A stretch of DNA of 64,000 nt from Negaprion brevirostris (taxonomy: Eukaryota), in assembly GCA_030324005.1 (NCBI GenBank), contig JARDVH010000157.1:7285529-7349528 (forward strand), read 5' to 3'. Position numbers and translations under genes: made by a program. Below the pieces are notes generated by a model that saw only the letters and a list, made by a program, of their open reading frames with translations, did not search any database and was not told where the DNA came from. Position 1 is the first letter of the stretch; each line of letters opens with the position of its first letter. Positions 10,501 to 23,826 of this stretch are shown here, piece by piece.

Positions 10501-12545
10501 GTTAACTGTACAGTACAGATCTTCTGATAATGAAGGTCTACAGCAGAGTTACAGACGAGACTTTGAAATAATTACAGGTGTATCTTGGGACCCTTGAGTC
10601 AAGAGACAGAGCTACAAATAAAGAAATTGGCACTGCACCCGTCAAGATGGTCCCAAAACACGAGGTGCTGATTAGCTATAAGATAATGTTTGGCTGGTGG
10701 AATCCTGGTTTTTCTTAATATTAGCTGACCTTGAGTAGAACGCCAACTACAGCCCATTAATGTGGTCAGGAAAGAATTGTTTTCATCTTTTCACCAGCTT
10801 ATTTTCACTCTGTTTTCTTTGCCTTCAACTTTTGCAGAGTTAAAAGTGTGAATTGTTCCAGTACTATCTAGTTCTCAAGGAATAAAATAAGCGGAATTGT
10901 CATTTGGCATTGGGGGACGTTGAGGTGATGGCGAAATAAATAATTGTAGCTGTTAGTCACCAAATCAAACTTTCTGTTGTTTGCCTCTCCCTGCACCAAC
11001 TTTACCATTTGCTTTTAGGTTCTTTTAACACTTACTTTTGAGGATTTGAGCAAATTCATTTGAATATTCCTTTGAGTATAAAACTGCCAGTAGAAAACAT
11101 TATAAGTTCTGCAGTCCACGTTTATTTCAGGTTTTGTTCCCTGGTCTCTTTCTTGTTATCTATCACAGTGTACTCGGTGCAGTTTCTGAACTGGTCCGGG
11201 CAGGAAAGCTTTGAGTGTCTTGACTACAACTTTGTCAGATTCTAGTGACTAGTGGTTTTGACTTCTTCAATATCTCTATTTAAAAGCATATATCAGTGTA
11301 GCTGTCGATCTATCCGTAGCTGGTTTTCCTTCTCAGTTTTCATTGATATTTCTGTTCAGGTACTTCCCATTCAAATTTCCAGAAGGATGATCTACTTCAG
11401 TGCTGTCATTTGGCTTGCTGAGTAGTCTGGTATTAATATGCTCATGGAAAAACACAATTGAAACCATAATGCTTTAATGTTCTGGTGTGATGCTTTCAAT
11501 TCATCAACTCAAAAAATCCCAACACCAGTGCTTTATTTTGATGTTATACAGCTTGGAGAACATCATCTTCAGACCAAATCCATACTTGGAAAGATGCAAT
11601 CAATACTTGATTATTCTCATTATTATTTGTAGTAAATGGTCTGTTTAGAAATTTCACAAGTCCTCCATTACAAGTTACTGTCAGTGGAAGAGATTACTGA
11701 AGCATGAACCAATCCACTGCCAGTTGATTGACTAGTTGAACTTAACTAGGACTCTGTTCCAGGCACTGTTGTGCTAAAAATAAACTTGCGTCATTCACAT
11801 GGCCCTCTTTTATAGCTTGGACTAAAAAGGAGGCTGAGCCTTTGTACTTCTCTCAAAACAGTCTGTGCCCACCCACTCTTGTGGTTTTGTAGTATCCTGG
11901 GTTTAAAGGATGAAGAAGCTCCTACAAGGTAAGTAATAATTCTGCCACTTAGGAAACTTTCATCCACGGGAATGCTTCTACAAATTACTCATGTCAAGCA
12001 TATACAGAATACATACCCTCCATGTATCAGGGAAAGAACACATAAATCATCGATACTGATATTTTCAACGTCTAATACACAAATTATATGCCACAGACAG
12101 TTTCAGTATTTCCAGATGTAGCAACGCAGTAATTTTTTCATGGCTCACATGTTTTCTCTTAACCTGTCATACTGAATTGCTAACCATTTCCCTTTGAGGA
12201 ACAAACCAAACATACCAAGTATTTTGGGGTTCTTCCATCCCTCAGATCAATAGTCTTTCACCTCATGCCTTCTGGAGTAACAGAAGTACCATAAAAGGAA
12301 ATGATATGTAACTTTGAAGAGGACTGACACTGATTTTGTAAAGTTTAAGGTGGATTGATTTTTTTTGTGAACTGCACACTACATCTTCTATCCTAATTCT
12401 CCACAGTTTGAAATTGATCCCTGGCATCTGAACCATGGGCAGATCTTTCTTGGTGTCAGTTTTGATGGATCAGCAGATGCACTGTTTTGTAACAATAGGG
12501 ATGTTATGCAATGTAACACATGATGTATAATGAGTACTGATTTAT

Positions 12546-12765
12546 ATGGTGTGCAGTTGCCGGTGTTGGACTTGGGTAGGCATAGTAAGTCGTCTCACAA
12601 CACCAGGTTAAAGTCCAACAGGTTTANNNNNNNNNNGTGCCTGTATATGCCCTGTTTGTGAAATAAATCCTACACTTACCTGATGAAGGAGCGGTGCTCC
12701 GAAAGCTTATGCAACCAAATAAACCTGTTGGACTTTAACCTGGTGTTATGAGACTACTTACTGTG
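12546..12765. mobile_element. Palindromic Penelope-derived element (family 2) with hammerhead core
   Basis: Arms 12581-12626 and 12720-12765 are near-perfect reverse complements. CTGATGAaGGAGCggtGCTCCGAAAGCTTA at 12680-12709. Confidence 0.75.
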
Positions 12766-14949
12766 TTGATTTACAGTATGGAAGAAATTGAATGCTCCAT
12801 CAAATCAATTCATCGATAACTGTAAAAGTGTGCAAGAGATTGCAACACCTAAAAAGAAGTGTGTGCCATATGCCAGAAGTTGTCTCTTGGGTTTCGGAAT
12901 TAGTGAGATAATCACGAACAGAGGAAGTGAGTGGGGCTTTAGGTTCCTTGGACTGTAATTTAAGATTAGGCTAATTGTTTGGATACGTATTGCAACATTT
13001 TAAAACATATGTATATAATTGTAAAATGTTTAAGATCATGCCTGATTTAACTTTGTAATGCACAGTTCCAATTTTGTGGCTGAACTGTCACCACAGAAGT
13101 AAACCAAATAATGAATGACAACAACTAAAACGTATTTTGTCAAAGAAAAATAAATACATGCATCATTCTAATAATGGACCAATGTGTACATGTCTAGACT
13201 TTAATTTACCAGGATCTGTTTCACTGGACTGTTTGCTGTATCCCAGAATTTGCTTTGACATATTTAAAATGCACACACATTCATTCATTAGCACCTAAAC
13301 CTTCAGCTTTCTGTGCCATTTGAAACATAACATGGAAACGTGGAGGGCTATTTGCAGTTTAGTCATGTTCCCGTCCTTTTCGGCTCAGCCCACCAAACCA
13401 TTAAAATGTCAGAGGTATCAAAAGACTGAAAATATTTAATCGCATAACGCAGATAAGATGTCATCTAGCTATACAAGATGTCATACATCACATTGCTGCA
13501 AACAAGAACACTCTTGTTTAGTCTTATTCATTGCTTTTTGTAATTTAAGGTTTGGATGAAGTCTGCACTATCGTTAAGATACCCCAGGGGTTAACATAAT
13601 GAAGCTATTCTTTAGTGTAGCTAATATGGTATTTAAGTATGTCATGCTCACATTTTTATTTTGGTAATAATACAAGCCTACGCAGAAGATCTGTTCTGTT
13701 TCAACTATTTTTGTGATTATTGGGTGATGTTGTTTTGCCGAACAGGGTTGGTGCTTTTGTGATGATGTAGTTCAAGTCCTAGTGGTACAATTTGAATGCT
13801 GTAATTCAACAAATTCCAGGAACTGTAATTATTCTGTGTAATTTTATCTTGTGATTCTGCACTAACCAATTTGAAGCTTGCTTCAAGTTGCATGAATGCA
13901 TAGACACTTTACTACTGTACCTGTTTTAAGAAAGATTTCTAAACTGGAGTGATTTCCATTTAAAAAAAATCTTGCTCAAATTGTTTCACTTGTTTGACTG
14001 CTGACTCTTCCGGTTGAATATAACTTGTGCTCCTGAATAGGAGATCAAAAACACACCTTGTTCACAAGGTTTCACTTCCCGTTCTATGGAAGTCCATTAA
14101 TATGGTATCAGCTTTTCTTTGTCTCTCAAATACTGGTTATTTTGAGAATTGTGTGGCCTTTTGCAAGGTGGGTTATGAGGGTGGAGTTGGAGATAATTAT
14201 AACCAGAAAGCACAGCTCACAAATCTGACTCGGGTGTTACCTGGATCCACCAAGAGTTGGAATATTTACAGATTTATTTAGATCAGTTGCAACTATGATT
14301 CAACAATATGATATTAACTCTGCATTTCTATGTCTCTGAGTTTGGGACAAAATGCTGGGTTTTGGTGCTATATTTGTCCAGAATGAGGAGACACAGACAT
14401 AAGAGATTTGAATGCAAGAGATTTAAGATAGAGAGAGGGGAGAGGCTTTCAAGGATTGTAGATAGTGGAATGTAGAACCGGAGTTGATGATTGACCAATG
14501 TCAAATTGAAAGACAGATTATAACGGTAGTTGAAGGGAAGGGTGAGATAACATGAAATGGGAACAGGGTGTTGCACATAGGATTAAGATTCCTGCACATG
14601 CAGAGGATAAACAACAACATGGACTGGTTGAATTGAATGGCCTATTTTCATGTTGCATCTTTAATGCGGTTCTGTGAAGAAGCCAAAAGATGAGGTGTTT
14701 TTTCCCTTGGTCAGATTAGCTACAGTATTTGATGTGCATAGATTTAGTAGAATATTAAAATTATTAACATTGACGTGGAAGTTCTGGCTTTTTGAGGATT
14801 TTTACTTTCCTTACAACATTTCATTCATTGCTTTTTTTGTATACGTTGAATCAAAGGTAATCATCGACTTGAATGTTTGTAATTGAAGATAGTTTTCCAT
14901 TGAAGAGTCCATCAGAAACTTGGACAACCTTTCATTATTGATTAGATAC

Positions 14950-15510
14950 TCTCAAAATGGACTTCAACACAGATAAATGTGTAATGGTCCATTTTGGCAG
15001 GACCAACGGGATGCAGGAGTACAATATCAAGGGTAGGAGTCTGAGCTGGGTTTAGGAGCAGAAGGACCTTGGGGCCCGGGTCCATAGGACTCTTAAATCG
15101 GCCTCGCAGGTGGAGGATGTGGTCAAGAAGGCGTATGGTGTCCTGGCCTTCATTAATCGAGGGATTGAGTTTAGGAGTCGGGAGGTAATGCTGCAACTTT
15201 ATAGGACCCTTGTCAGGCCTCATTTAGAGTATTGTGCGCAGTTCTGGTCGCCTCACTATAGGAAAGATGTAGAAGCNNNNNNNNNNNNNNNNNNNNNNNN
15301 NNNNNNNNNNNNNNNNNNNNNNNNNNNNNNNNNNNNNNNNNNNNNNNNNNNNNNNNNNNNNNNNNNNNNNNNNNNNTCTGGATGAGTATATGGGATCTAA
15401 TGGCATTGGAAGTTACAGATAGTCCTATGGCTTGGTAGGTATAGATGTGATCGATGCAACTTATGGGCCGAAGGGCCTGTTTGTGCTGTAGTGTTCTATG
15501 TTCTGTATTA
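14950..15510 (+). mobile_element. CR1/HER1 LINE 3' fragment (RT C-terminus), with gap
   Basis: VKKAYGVLAFINRGIEFRSREVMLQLYRTLVRPHLEYCAQFWSPHYRKDV, with tail gggccgaagggcctgtttgtgctgta..ttctatgttct. Confidence 0.9.
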
Positions 15511-16028
15511 AAATTGAAGATGCTTACGACCCATTTCTGATTTGGTGCCTATTCTGGTTTAGTTCACATTTTCCCTTAAGGCACTGATATTGAACCAATG
15601 TAACCCTTCTCCTTATATGGTTCAGGCCCTTGGTGAAGTACTTAATAGTGACCTTTGTATATGTACTTCTGTACCTGTAATGTAGGAATGGTGTATTATT
15701 TGGAATTTTAATTCAACATTACCCTTCCTTCAATGCCCTGTCCAGCAGTTTGCTATTACCTGCTAAATATGTCTACTTTTGTTCCTACATAACATGTTTG
15801 CACATTTTTAACCGAATTACTTAGCCTATGTACATGAATTTTCAATTAAGTCACACTGCATTGCAGCCTTTGGGCTGTAAAGATGTTTCTTTAAAAAAAA
15901 ACCATTATAACCTTCTATAGGATATTATTATCAGCAAGAACATTGCTACTCTTGATGACATTTGGCACGTAATTTAAGATCGGATATGACCTGTGGCTGG
16001 GCTGAGATTCTTCTTACTAGGTCTAAAT

Positions 16029-16821
16029 CAGGCTCATCAAGGACCAATGAACAAATTTCAGAAAGATAAGGTTTGGCACAACAATAAACTGAACTTCAGA
16101 AAAAAAAGTTTTAGCTCAGAAAAATGTTCTAAGGAAAGAAAGAATTGCTGGATAAATGTAAAGTAACATTATAGCAATAAACTGTCGGAGTAAGCAATAA
16201 AAATGACCAGGGCGTTGGAGGGTCAGTGTATGTGAGTGGGAAGGTGTGGGTGCGAGCCTGTGTAGATGTTGGTGTGTGGTGTTGAGAGTGAGTGATAAGA
16301 CTGAGACTGGGCATAAGGCAGATTCATGNNNNNNNNNNNNNNNNNNNNNNNNNNNNNNNNNNNNNNNNNNNNNNNNNNNNNNNNNNNNNNNNNNNNNNNN
16401 NNNNNNNNNNNNNNNNACCATTTCCCCCCTGCTCCCACCAAAATGTCAAAACTTCAGTCTCCCTGGATCTGATTTCGCTTTGCCCTCCCTGTCCTGCTAA
16501 GACCTCTCCGGCCCTGTTCTGCTGGTCTTCCGGGGCTCCAGCTCCATTGTACCAGGCTCCAACATAGCTTGGTCTCTAAGCCTCCAGCTCCAACATACCT
16601 TCCCTTCTCTTGCACACCGGCCTACGCTGTCCGACCAATCAGGGACTGTTTCTCTCGCTCATTTGCTGTTGATTAACACCTAGAAGCAGCCTCTGATTGG
16701 AGGAGAATCTTGCATTGGAATTCAACTATGTGATAGGAATTTTGAAAACTTCCTCTGTGGGCCGCACAGAGGGGTTTTGTGGGCCACATCAGGCCCGTGA
16801 ATCATATCTTGGACAAGCCTG
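16029..16821. mobile_element. Non-autonomous hAT-type DNA transposon (MITE) with 8-bp TSD
   Basis: TSD GTCTAAAT at 16021-16028 and 16822-16829. Termini CAGGCTcatcaa and ttggacaAGCCTG. Subterminal gggccgc/ggccc motifs are typical of hAT ends. Confidence 0.75.
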
Positions 16822-17344
16822 GTCTAAATGGGGAAATGTTGTTGAGCTATCTTCATCCATTGTTCCAGCTTGAACAGAGAGTCCGTAATGGAGCATCATT
16901 ATTCAAACATGAGTCAGTCAGATTCCACAAATAAACGAAGGCATGCATGTTTACACTGTTTGGTTTTACAACAATGTTTACTTTTTCAGAAATACTTTAA
17001 AGCCTTTGAAAACTAACCAGGAATATTAATCAGTTATCAATGGGTGCATTCTTTAATGGAAATTTGGAACTGGTTTGGTTGAGCTGCTATTCTGTATTTT
17101 AAGTCTATAAGTTAGTGTACAGTCCAATGGAGTAGATAGCAGCCCTTATTCACATGTTTAATATGATGAAGTAGGTAAATCTTCTGCAAAGGTTTCAAAG
17201 TGATTTTTAATTCTTTACTTTTTCACTCTCTGGGACAATTAATACATTCACCATTTATTATTTTCAGTGGGCAATAAAGTCAAATTGTTTGTTATGTAAC
17301 CTTCTCCCCCCAGAGATGCATATCAAAATGATTAGCTCTGTGGG

Positions 17345-17695
17345 AGAAATGGTGGCATAATGGTAATGTCACTGGACTACTAATCCACAGGACCAGGCTA
17401 ATGNNNNNNNNNNTGGGGACATAGGTTCAAATCCCACAGCAGCTGGTGGAATCAAAATTAATAAATTCTGGAATTAAAAGCTAGTCTAAGTAACGGTGAT
17501 CATGAAACCTTTGTTTGTTGTCAAAACCCATCTCATTCACTTAATGTCTTTAGGGAAGAAATTTGCCATCCTTACCTGCTCTGACTGATGTGATTGACTC
17601 TTAACTGCGCTCTGCAATGGCCAAGCAAGCCACTCTGTACAAGAACAATTGGAGATGGGCAATAATTGCCTTACTAACAATGAACAAAATAAATC
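17345..17695 (+). mobile_element. tRNA-derived SINE, second family (related copy on minus at about 35575-36040)
   Basis: Head gtggcataatggtaatgtcactggactactaatcc...ggttcaaatcccac, tail gatgggcaataa. Confidence 0.65.
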
Positions 17696-19129
17696 ATAAA
17701 TTGTAATCACACATAATGGGGGTGGCATGGTGGTACACTGATTAGCACAGCTGCCTCNNNNNNNNNNNNNNNNNNNNNNNNNNNNNNNNNNNNNNNNNNN
17801 NNNNNNNNNNNNNNNNNNNNNNNNNNNNNNNNNNNNNNNNNNNNNNNNNNNNNNNNNNNNNNNNNNNNNNNNNNNNNNNNNNNNNNNNNNNNNNNNNNNN
17901 NNNNNNNNNNNNNNNNNNNNNNNNNNNNNNNNNNNNNNNNNNNNNNNNNNNNNNNNNNNNNNNNNNNNNNNNNNNNNNNNNNNNNNNNNNNNNNNNNNNN
18001 NNNNNNNNNNNNNNNNNNNNNNNNNNGTGGGTTTCTTCTGGGTGCTTTGGTTTCCTCCCACAGTCCAAAGATGTGCAGGTTAGGTGGATTAGGCATACAG
18101 GGGGTTATGGGGATAGGGCCTGGGTAAAATGCTCTGTCAGAGTTGACACAGTCTCGATGGGCTGAATGGCCTATTTCATACTATAGGGATTCTATAATAA
18201 CATTAGGTTTATAAATTATATGACTGATGATTAGTCAGACATCAAAAGTAAAATCTCATGCAGAGTTTAGAAGAATAAGATGCCAAAAGAAAAATGTTTA
18301 AAATGATTTTAAAATAGATAAGAAAGATTGGTAATGTAGTGTAAGAGGACAAAATACACTATTTAATAAATAAGCGCGCTCTTTCACGTATGCTAAAACA
18401 CGTGCACATACATTCTTGTACTAAAATGCATGCACGTACGCGTGAACTCGCTCACCTGTATTCCCAAGGCACGAATTGGATTAATGTGAAGATTCATCAG
18501 AGTATTTAGAAAACGTAGTGATCGTTAATGCGATGATCATTTAGATAGTTTTTAGTTTGCTCACTGTACTATCTCTACCTCTTACATCCTCCTTGCAGCT
18601 TATCTTCCCCACAAACTTTGTATCATCAGCAAACCTGGCTATATCAGACTCAGTCCCCTAACTAAGCTACTGATAATGACTGTAACTAGTTGTGGCCTAA
18701 TGGTTACTGCCTGCCAACTTGAAAATGGACTGTTTATTTCTGTTTTTATGGCACCTTGTCGAATGGTTTATGAAAATACATTGTTTAAATAAAAACTGCA
18801 TGTGCAGGCACTCCAGACAAACACATTTCTTACCTGATTGGCTTCTAGTATGCTTAATTTGATACCTAAAAAAGGAAGCAAGGAAATTTACTGTGAAGAA
18901 ATAACACATTATTCACACTGATTCACAGTTAACTAGTTAATTAACTAGCATTTTGTTGCTTCTTCAGCCCATCAAGCCAGTTATCTGAAGAGTCAGGTCC
19001 ATTCCTTCTCACACAGCTCCATAGCGCTGCAGATTTATTTTCCTCGAGTGACCATCCAATTTCTTTTTGACATCATTCATTGTCTCTTGATTCTACTGGA
19101 ATTTAAGATTTTAAAAAAAGTGTGAGGTA

Positions 19130-19925
19130 ATACGTTTTTCAGATGGGCTCAGGAAAGGCAATATGGGCTAAATGGCACAGTTCTAAAGGTTGTGCAAGGC
19201 TTGGGGATCTGTGGGTACATGTGCATAGATCTTTGAAGGTAGCAGGACATATTGAGAGAGCAGTTAAGAAAGAATATGGACCTTAGGCTTCATAAGTAGA
19301 GGTATTGAGTACTAAAGCAAGGAAGTTATGCCAACCTTTTAAAAAGCTCTAGCCAGGCTACAGCTAGACTATTGCTTCCATGTCTGGTCTCATTTTTCAG
19401 GAAGGATGTGTCAGTCCTTTGTGGGGATGCAGAGAAGCCTTGCCAGAATGGTTCCAAGAGATGGGGGTGGTTTGTAGGGGGAAGGCGGCAGTGGAGACGG
19501 AGAGTATAGCTATAGGGTTAGGTTGGAGGACCTTCTGGGCTTGTTTTACTAGGAGCATAGCAAGTTGAGGTAAGATTTGAGATGTGTCAAAATTATGACT
19601 GGTTTAGTCAAGGTGCACAATGCATTGTATGGTATACTGATTCCCTGGAAAACATTTTCTTTGGGGTGGACTCTTGGTACAAGAGTCTAAGCCTCAGTGC
19701 AGGGGTGGTGATTGTCTGGAACAAGTTGCCAGCGGGGGTAGTGGAGGCGGGTACAATTTTGCCTTTTAAAAAGTGTTTATACAACTATATGGGTAAGATG
19801 GGTATAGAGGGATATGGGCCAAATGCGGGCGGTTGGGACTAGCTTATGGGTTTAAAAAAAAAGGCAGCATGAACAAGTTGGGCCGAAGAGTCTGTTTCCA
19901 TGTTGTAAACCTCTATGACTCGATG
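19130..19925 (+). mobile_element. Degenerate CR1 3' fragments
   Basis: Decayed RPQLDYC-like region and tail gggccgaagagtctgtttccatgttgtaaacctctatgactc, shared with 55050-55740. Confidence 0.8.
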
Positions 19926-20119
19926 CTTTATTTTACATTGAGCCTTCTGGAATATTTCCTCATCTATTTTCACAAATTACAACTAAATAAAATTTGTATG
20001 CAACAGCTTGCATTGATATGGTATTGTTAATGAATAAAAATATCCCAAGGTAATTTACGGAGAGAAGAACGGTGGGAGAGTTAGAAGAGATAAACAAAAG
20101 TTGTTAATTACAAGGACAG

Positions 20120-20340
20120 TGTAAAGATGCTCATTCCCCAGGTTAGGGAAAACGCAACATGTTTATTTACAGGTTAAAATTATACAGAGGCTTGCAGCCT
20201 CATGGCTGCGGTCACCCTGAGATGACTGAGTGCAGAAACTTGAGCTTATGAGGGTGATTACACCCCCCCCGCTTCCTGATTGGTTCTCCGGGTCATCTGA
20301 CTCTTACTTCACTGCCTGGCCCTTAAAGGGACTATCGCCA
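20120..20340 (-). mobile_element. Possible short solo LTR
   Basis: Starts TGT, has AATAAA on the minus strand, CCAAT and cccttaaaggg near the end. No clean TSD seen. Confidence 0.35.
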
Positions 20341-21094
20341 AAGGTGGCTTTTGGGGAGAAAAAGGTGGAGTGATTTTTTTTTTGGCTGGTGGTTTGGGGG
20401 GAAACGCAGGGGAAATCCAACAAGCAGTACAGAATTCATGTCGAGGAGAGGTAACTATATGATTTTCTTCCCATTATGTTTGTGAAATGAAATTGCAGCA
20501 ACTTGCTTTATCTGCAATGCATTGCACCTTATTAAGCCATTCAAATTTAATTTACTGTAATTTAAAAGGCAGCCTGTTTCAGCACTGTCAAAATCTGGGT
20601 TGCTTCCAGTAGCACGTGGCAAAAATAATATAAATAGTATCACCAGCAGCGTTCACCATCTGAGGCACAGATCAAGCTACTGATAAATGCTGTGAATTTC
20701 AACACTGAAATAAACCAACTAAAAAAGAACAATATCAGTGTCTGTAAAACAGTGATCCCTGCATTCCCATCCATTTTTTAAATTTGGTTCTAGGATGTAC
20801 GTCTGGTTAAACAAGTATTTATTGCCCATCCTGAACTCACTTCAAGAAGGTGGTTGTGGGCTGCTTACTTAAATCGCTGCAGTCCATGTGGCATAGGTAC
20901 ACCCATAGTGAAGTTATTGAGGGATTTTGACCCAGCAATAGTGAAGAGGTGGCTCTATAGTTCCAAGTTGGATTGGTGTGTGGCTGGGATGGGCGGGGGG
21001 GATCTTGCAGACAGTGATGTCTCCATGCATCTGCCGTCCTCGTTCTTCTAAATTGTGTTGGAAGGTGCCATTTGGCCTAGGACACTAGAATCAT

Positions 21095-21470
21095 AAGAAC
21101 ATAAGAAATAGGAGCAGGAGTAGGCCATGCAGCCCTTCGAGCCTGCCCCACTATTCAATAAGATCATGGCTGATCTGTCGTGGCTCAGTTCCACACTCCT
21201 GCCCTCTCCCCATAACCCTTAATCCCCTCNNNNNNNNNNNNNNNNNNNNNNNNNNNNNNNNNNNNNNNNNNNNNNNNNNNNNNNNNNNNNNNNNNNNNNN
21301 NNNNNNNNNNNNNNNNNNNNNNNNNNNNNCACACACTGTTCAAGGAAACTATCCCGGCAGCATTCCAAGAACTCCTCCTCGAGCCCACTGCGTCCAACAT
21401 GGGTCAACCAATCAATATGTAGATTGAAATCCCCCATAATTATCGCCGTTCCATTCCTGCACGTTGCATT
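21095..21470 (-). mobile_element. CR1 fragments (3' tail plus endonuclease IIMGDFNLHIDW) across a gap
   Basis: ataagaacataagaaataggagcaggagtaggccat tail and the APE-endonuclease GDFN motif in ORF 21219-21512. Confidence 0.8.
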
Positions 21471-23624
21471 CCTAAGAATCCCTACAGTGCAGATGGAGGC
21501 CATTTGGCCCATCGAGTCTCAATCTCACCCAGGCCCTATTCCCGTAACCCCATGCATTTGCTAATCCCCCTGATACTGGAGTCTATTTAGCATGGCTGAC
21601 TAACCTAACCCGCACATCTTTGGACTGTTGGAGGAAACACACGGAGATGTGTGAATTCCACACAAACAGTGACCTCAGGCCGGAATTGAACTTGGATCCC
21701 TGGTGCTGAGAGGCAGCAGTGCTAACCAGTGTGCCACCGTGCCTCAGGATTACTACTCAGGAATTTCTGCAGCAATGTTCCAGGACTTTTAAGCTTAATC
21801 TCCAACAGCCATAACCATCTTATTTAGTGCTAGGTATGACTCCAACCAGTGGAGAGTTTACCCTGATTCCCATTGCCCTGGCAAAACTGAAGCCTCTGAT
21901 CAAATGTTGCCTTGATATGATGTCAAGAGCTGTCACTCTCTCCTCACTTTTTGAGTTCAATTGTTCTATCCGTCTTTAGACCAAGGCTCCCTTGTTTCCT
22001 ACATTGCAATAGTGATGATACTTCAGAAGTACTTAATTGGCTGTAAAGCACTTTGAGATTTATGGGTTTTTTTTGCTTAACTTGAAACATTTTCTGACTC
22101 CCTTAAGCAAAAATTCTTCTTCCTAAAAATAGTTGAACTAGTTGCACCTGAAAACAATAACTAGAGCAAATTAATTGAAAATGTTATGTTGTTTACAAAT
22201 CCTGTTGTGCAGCATATATCCTGCTTGCCAAGTTATTATTTCATCTTCAGATGTTATACTTTTTGCCGGAAGTGCACTGATGCTTTCACTCCGCACAGCA
22301 AATGTTTACTGTCATTTCTTGGTTAGCTTGAAGAAAAACATTAGCAAATCAAAACTGAAAGTGGGGAACACTGGAATCAGAAGTGAGGAAAGTAGTTTCG
22401 AAACTATCAGTGAAGAATGACTCTCAGAACAACTAAACCGGAATGATAAGTCAGGGGAATATAGAAGAAGGAGGTGTTCCAATCGAATCATAGAATACCT
22501 CTGGTACGGAAAGAGGCTAATAAGAACATAAGAACATAAGAAATAGGAGCAGGAGTAGACCATCTAGCCCTTCAAGCCTGCCCCGCCATTCAATAAGATC
22601 ATGGNNNNNNNNNNNNNNNNNNNNNNNNNNNNNNNNNNNNNNNNNNNNNNNNNNNNNNNNNNNNNNNNNNNNNNNNNNNNNNNNNNNNNNNNNNNNNNNN
22701 NNNNGCTATCCTTTTTTATATTAAGCGCTAGCCCAGCTTCATAGTTTATCCTACCCTTCTTTATCAACTTCTTTGTCAATCGTTGTTGACATTTAAACCT
22801 CTCCCAATCCTCTTCGGCCCATCAAGCCCGCACCGACAACAATCTCACTCATCCCTATCACTGTAACCCAACATATTTGCCGAGCTAGCCCCCGACGCTA
22901 AGGGGCAATTTAGCACGGCCAGTGCACCTAACTCGCACATCTTTGGAATGTGGGAGGAAACCAGAGCACCTGGAGGAAACCCATGCAGACACAGGGAGAA
23001 CGTACAAACTCCACAGACATAGTGACCTGAGGCCGAAATTGAACCCGGGTCCCTGGTGTGGTGAGGCAGCAGTGCCAACCACTGGACCATCGTGCTGCCT
23101 TTTCATAAAACTCTTTTTCAATAAATGAAATTCCTCATGCCCTTGTTATGATTTGTAAAGACATGGTAAGTTTCCATAGTTCACAACCTTTTTAACTTTA
23201 AGAATAAACTTGTCTTGCTGTGCTTTTGAATACCACCTATAACATTTCTACTTGAAGGCCTCAGCCTTTCCCCCTAAGCCTTGACTTGCACTCGTTACTT
23301 TTGCCCAGACCTGTGACTCTTAAGCTTATAAAGGCTCTCACATTCTCAGCATATCTCAAAGTCCTTCACAGCTAATGAATAGTTTTTGAAGTGTGTCTTT
23401 CTGTCCTCAAACATGGCAACCAGTTTCTACAAAGCAGAAGAGAGAGGCATGCAGTTTTTAGTGTTCCCAAACATCAGTCTTCATGTCTGTTTTGTGTACT
23501 TCAAAATTATTTGTTTAAAAAAAAGACTGAAGAACTTGTATGACATTGTATTCAGGTAAATTTTCAAAATACCTTTTAAGGCATGGCCACAAAATAGTCA
23601 AGACAGCAGGAAAAGATACAAAAG

Positions 23625-23826
23625 TCTGAGGTCCCATACCAACCAACTCGAGAACAGCTTCTTCCCCGATGCCATCAGACTTTTGAATGGATCTGCCTCA
23701 GCTAGTCTTTCTCTACACCCTAGCTATGACTGTAACACTATGTTCTGCACTCTCTCCTTTCCTTCTCTATGAAACAATACTTTTCATTGTATGTTAATAC
23801 GTGTGACAATAATAAATCAAATCAAA
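23625..23826 (+). mobile_element. Rex1/Babar-like LINE 3' end (related copy on minus at about 55740-56470)
   Basis: Translates to HTNQLENSFFPDAIRLLNG and ends aataaatcaaatcaaa. Confidence 0.65.

Noticed and set aside
17345-17440. tRNA gene-like A/B boxes in SINE heads
   Set aside because: These are tRNA-derived SINE heads with no intact cloverleaf.
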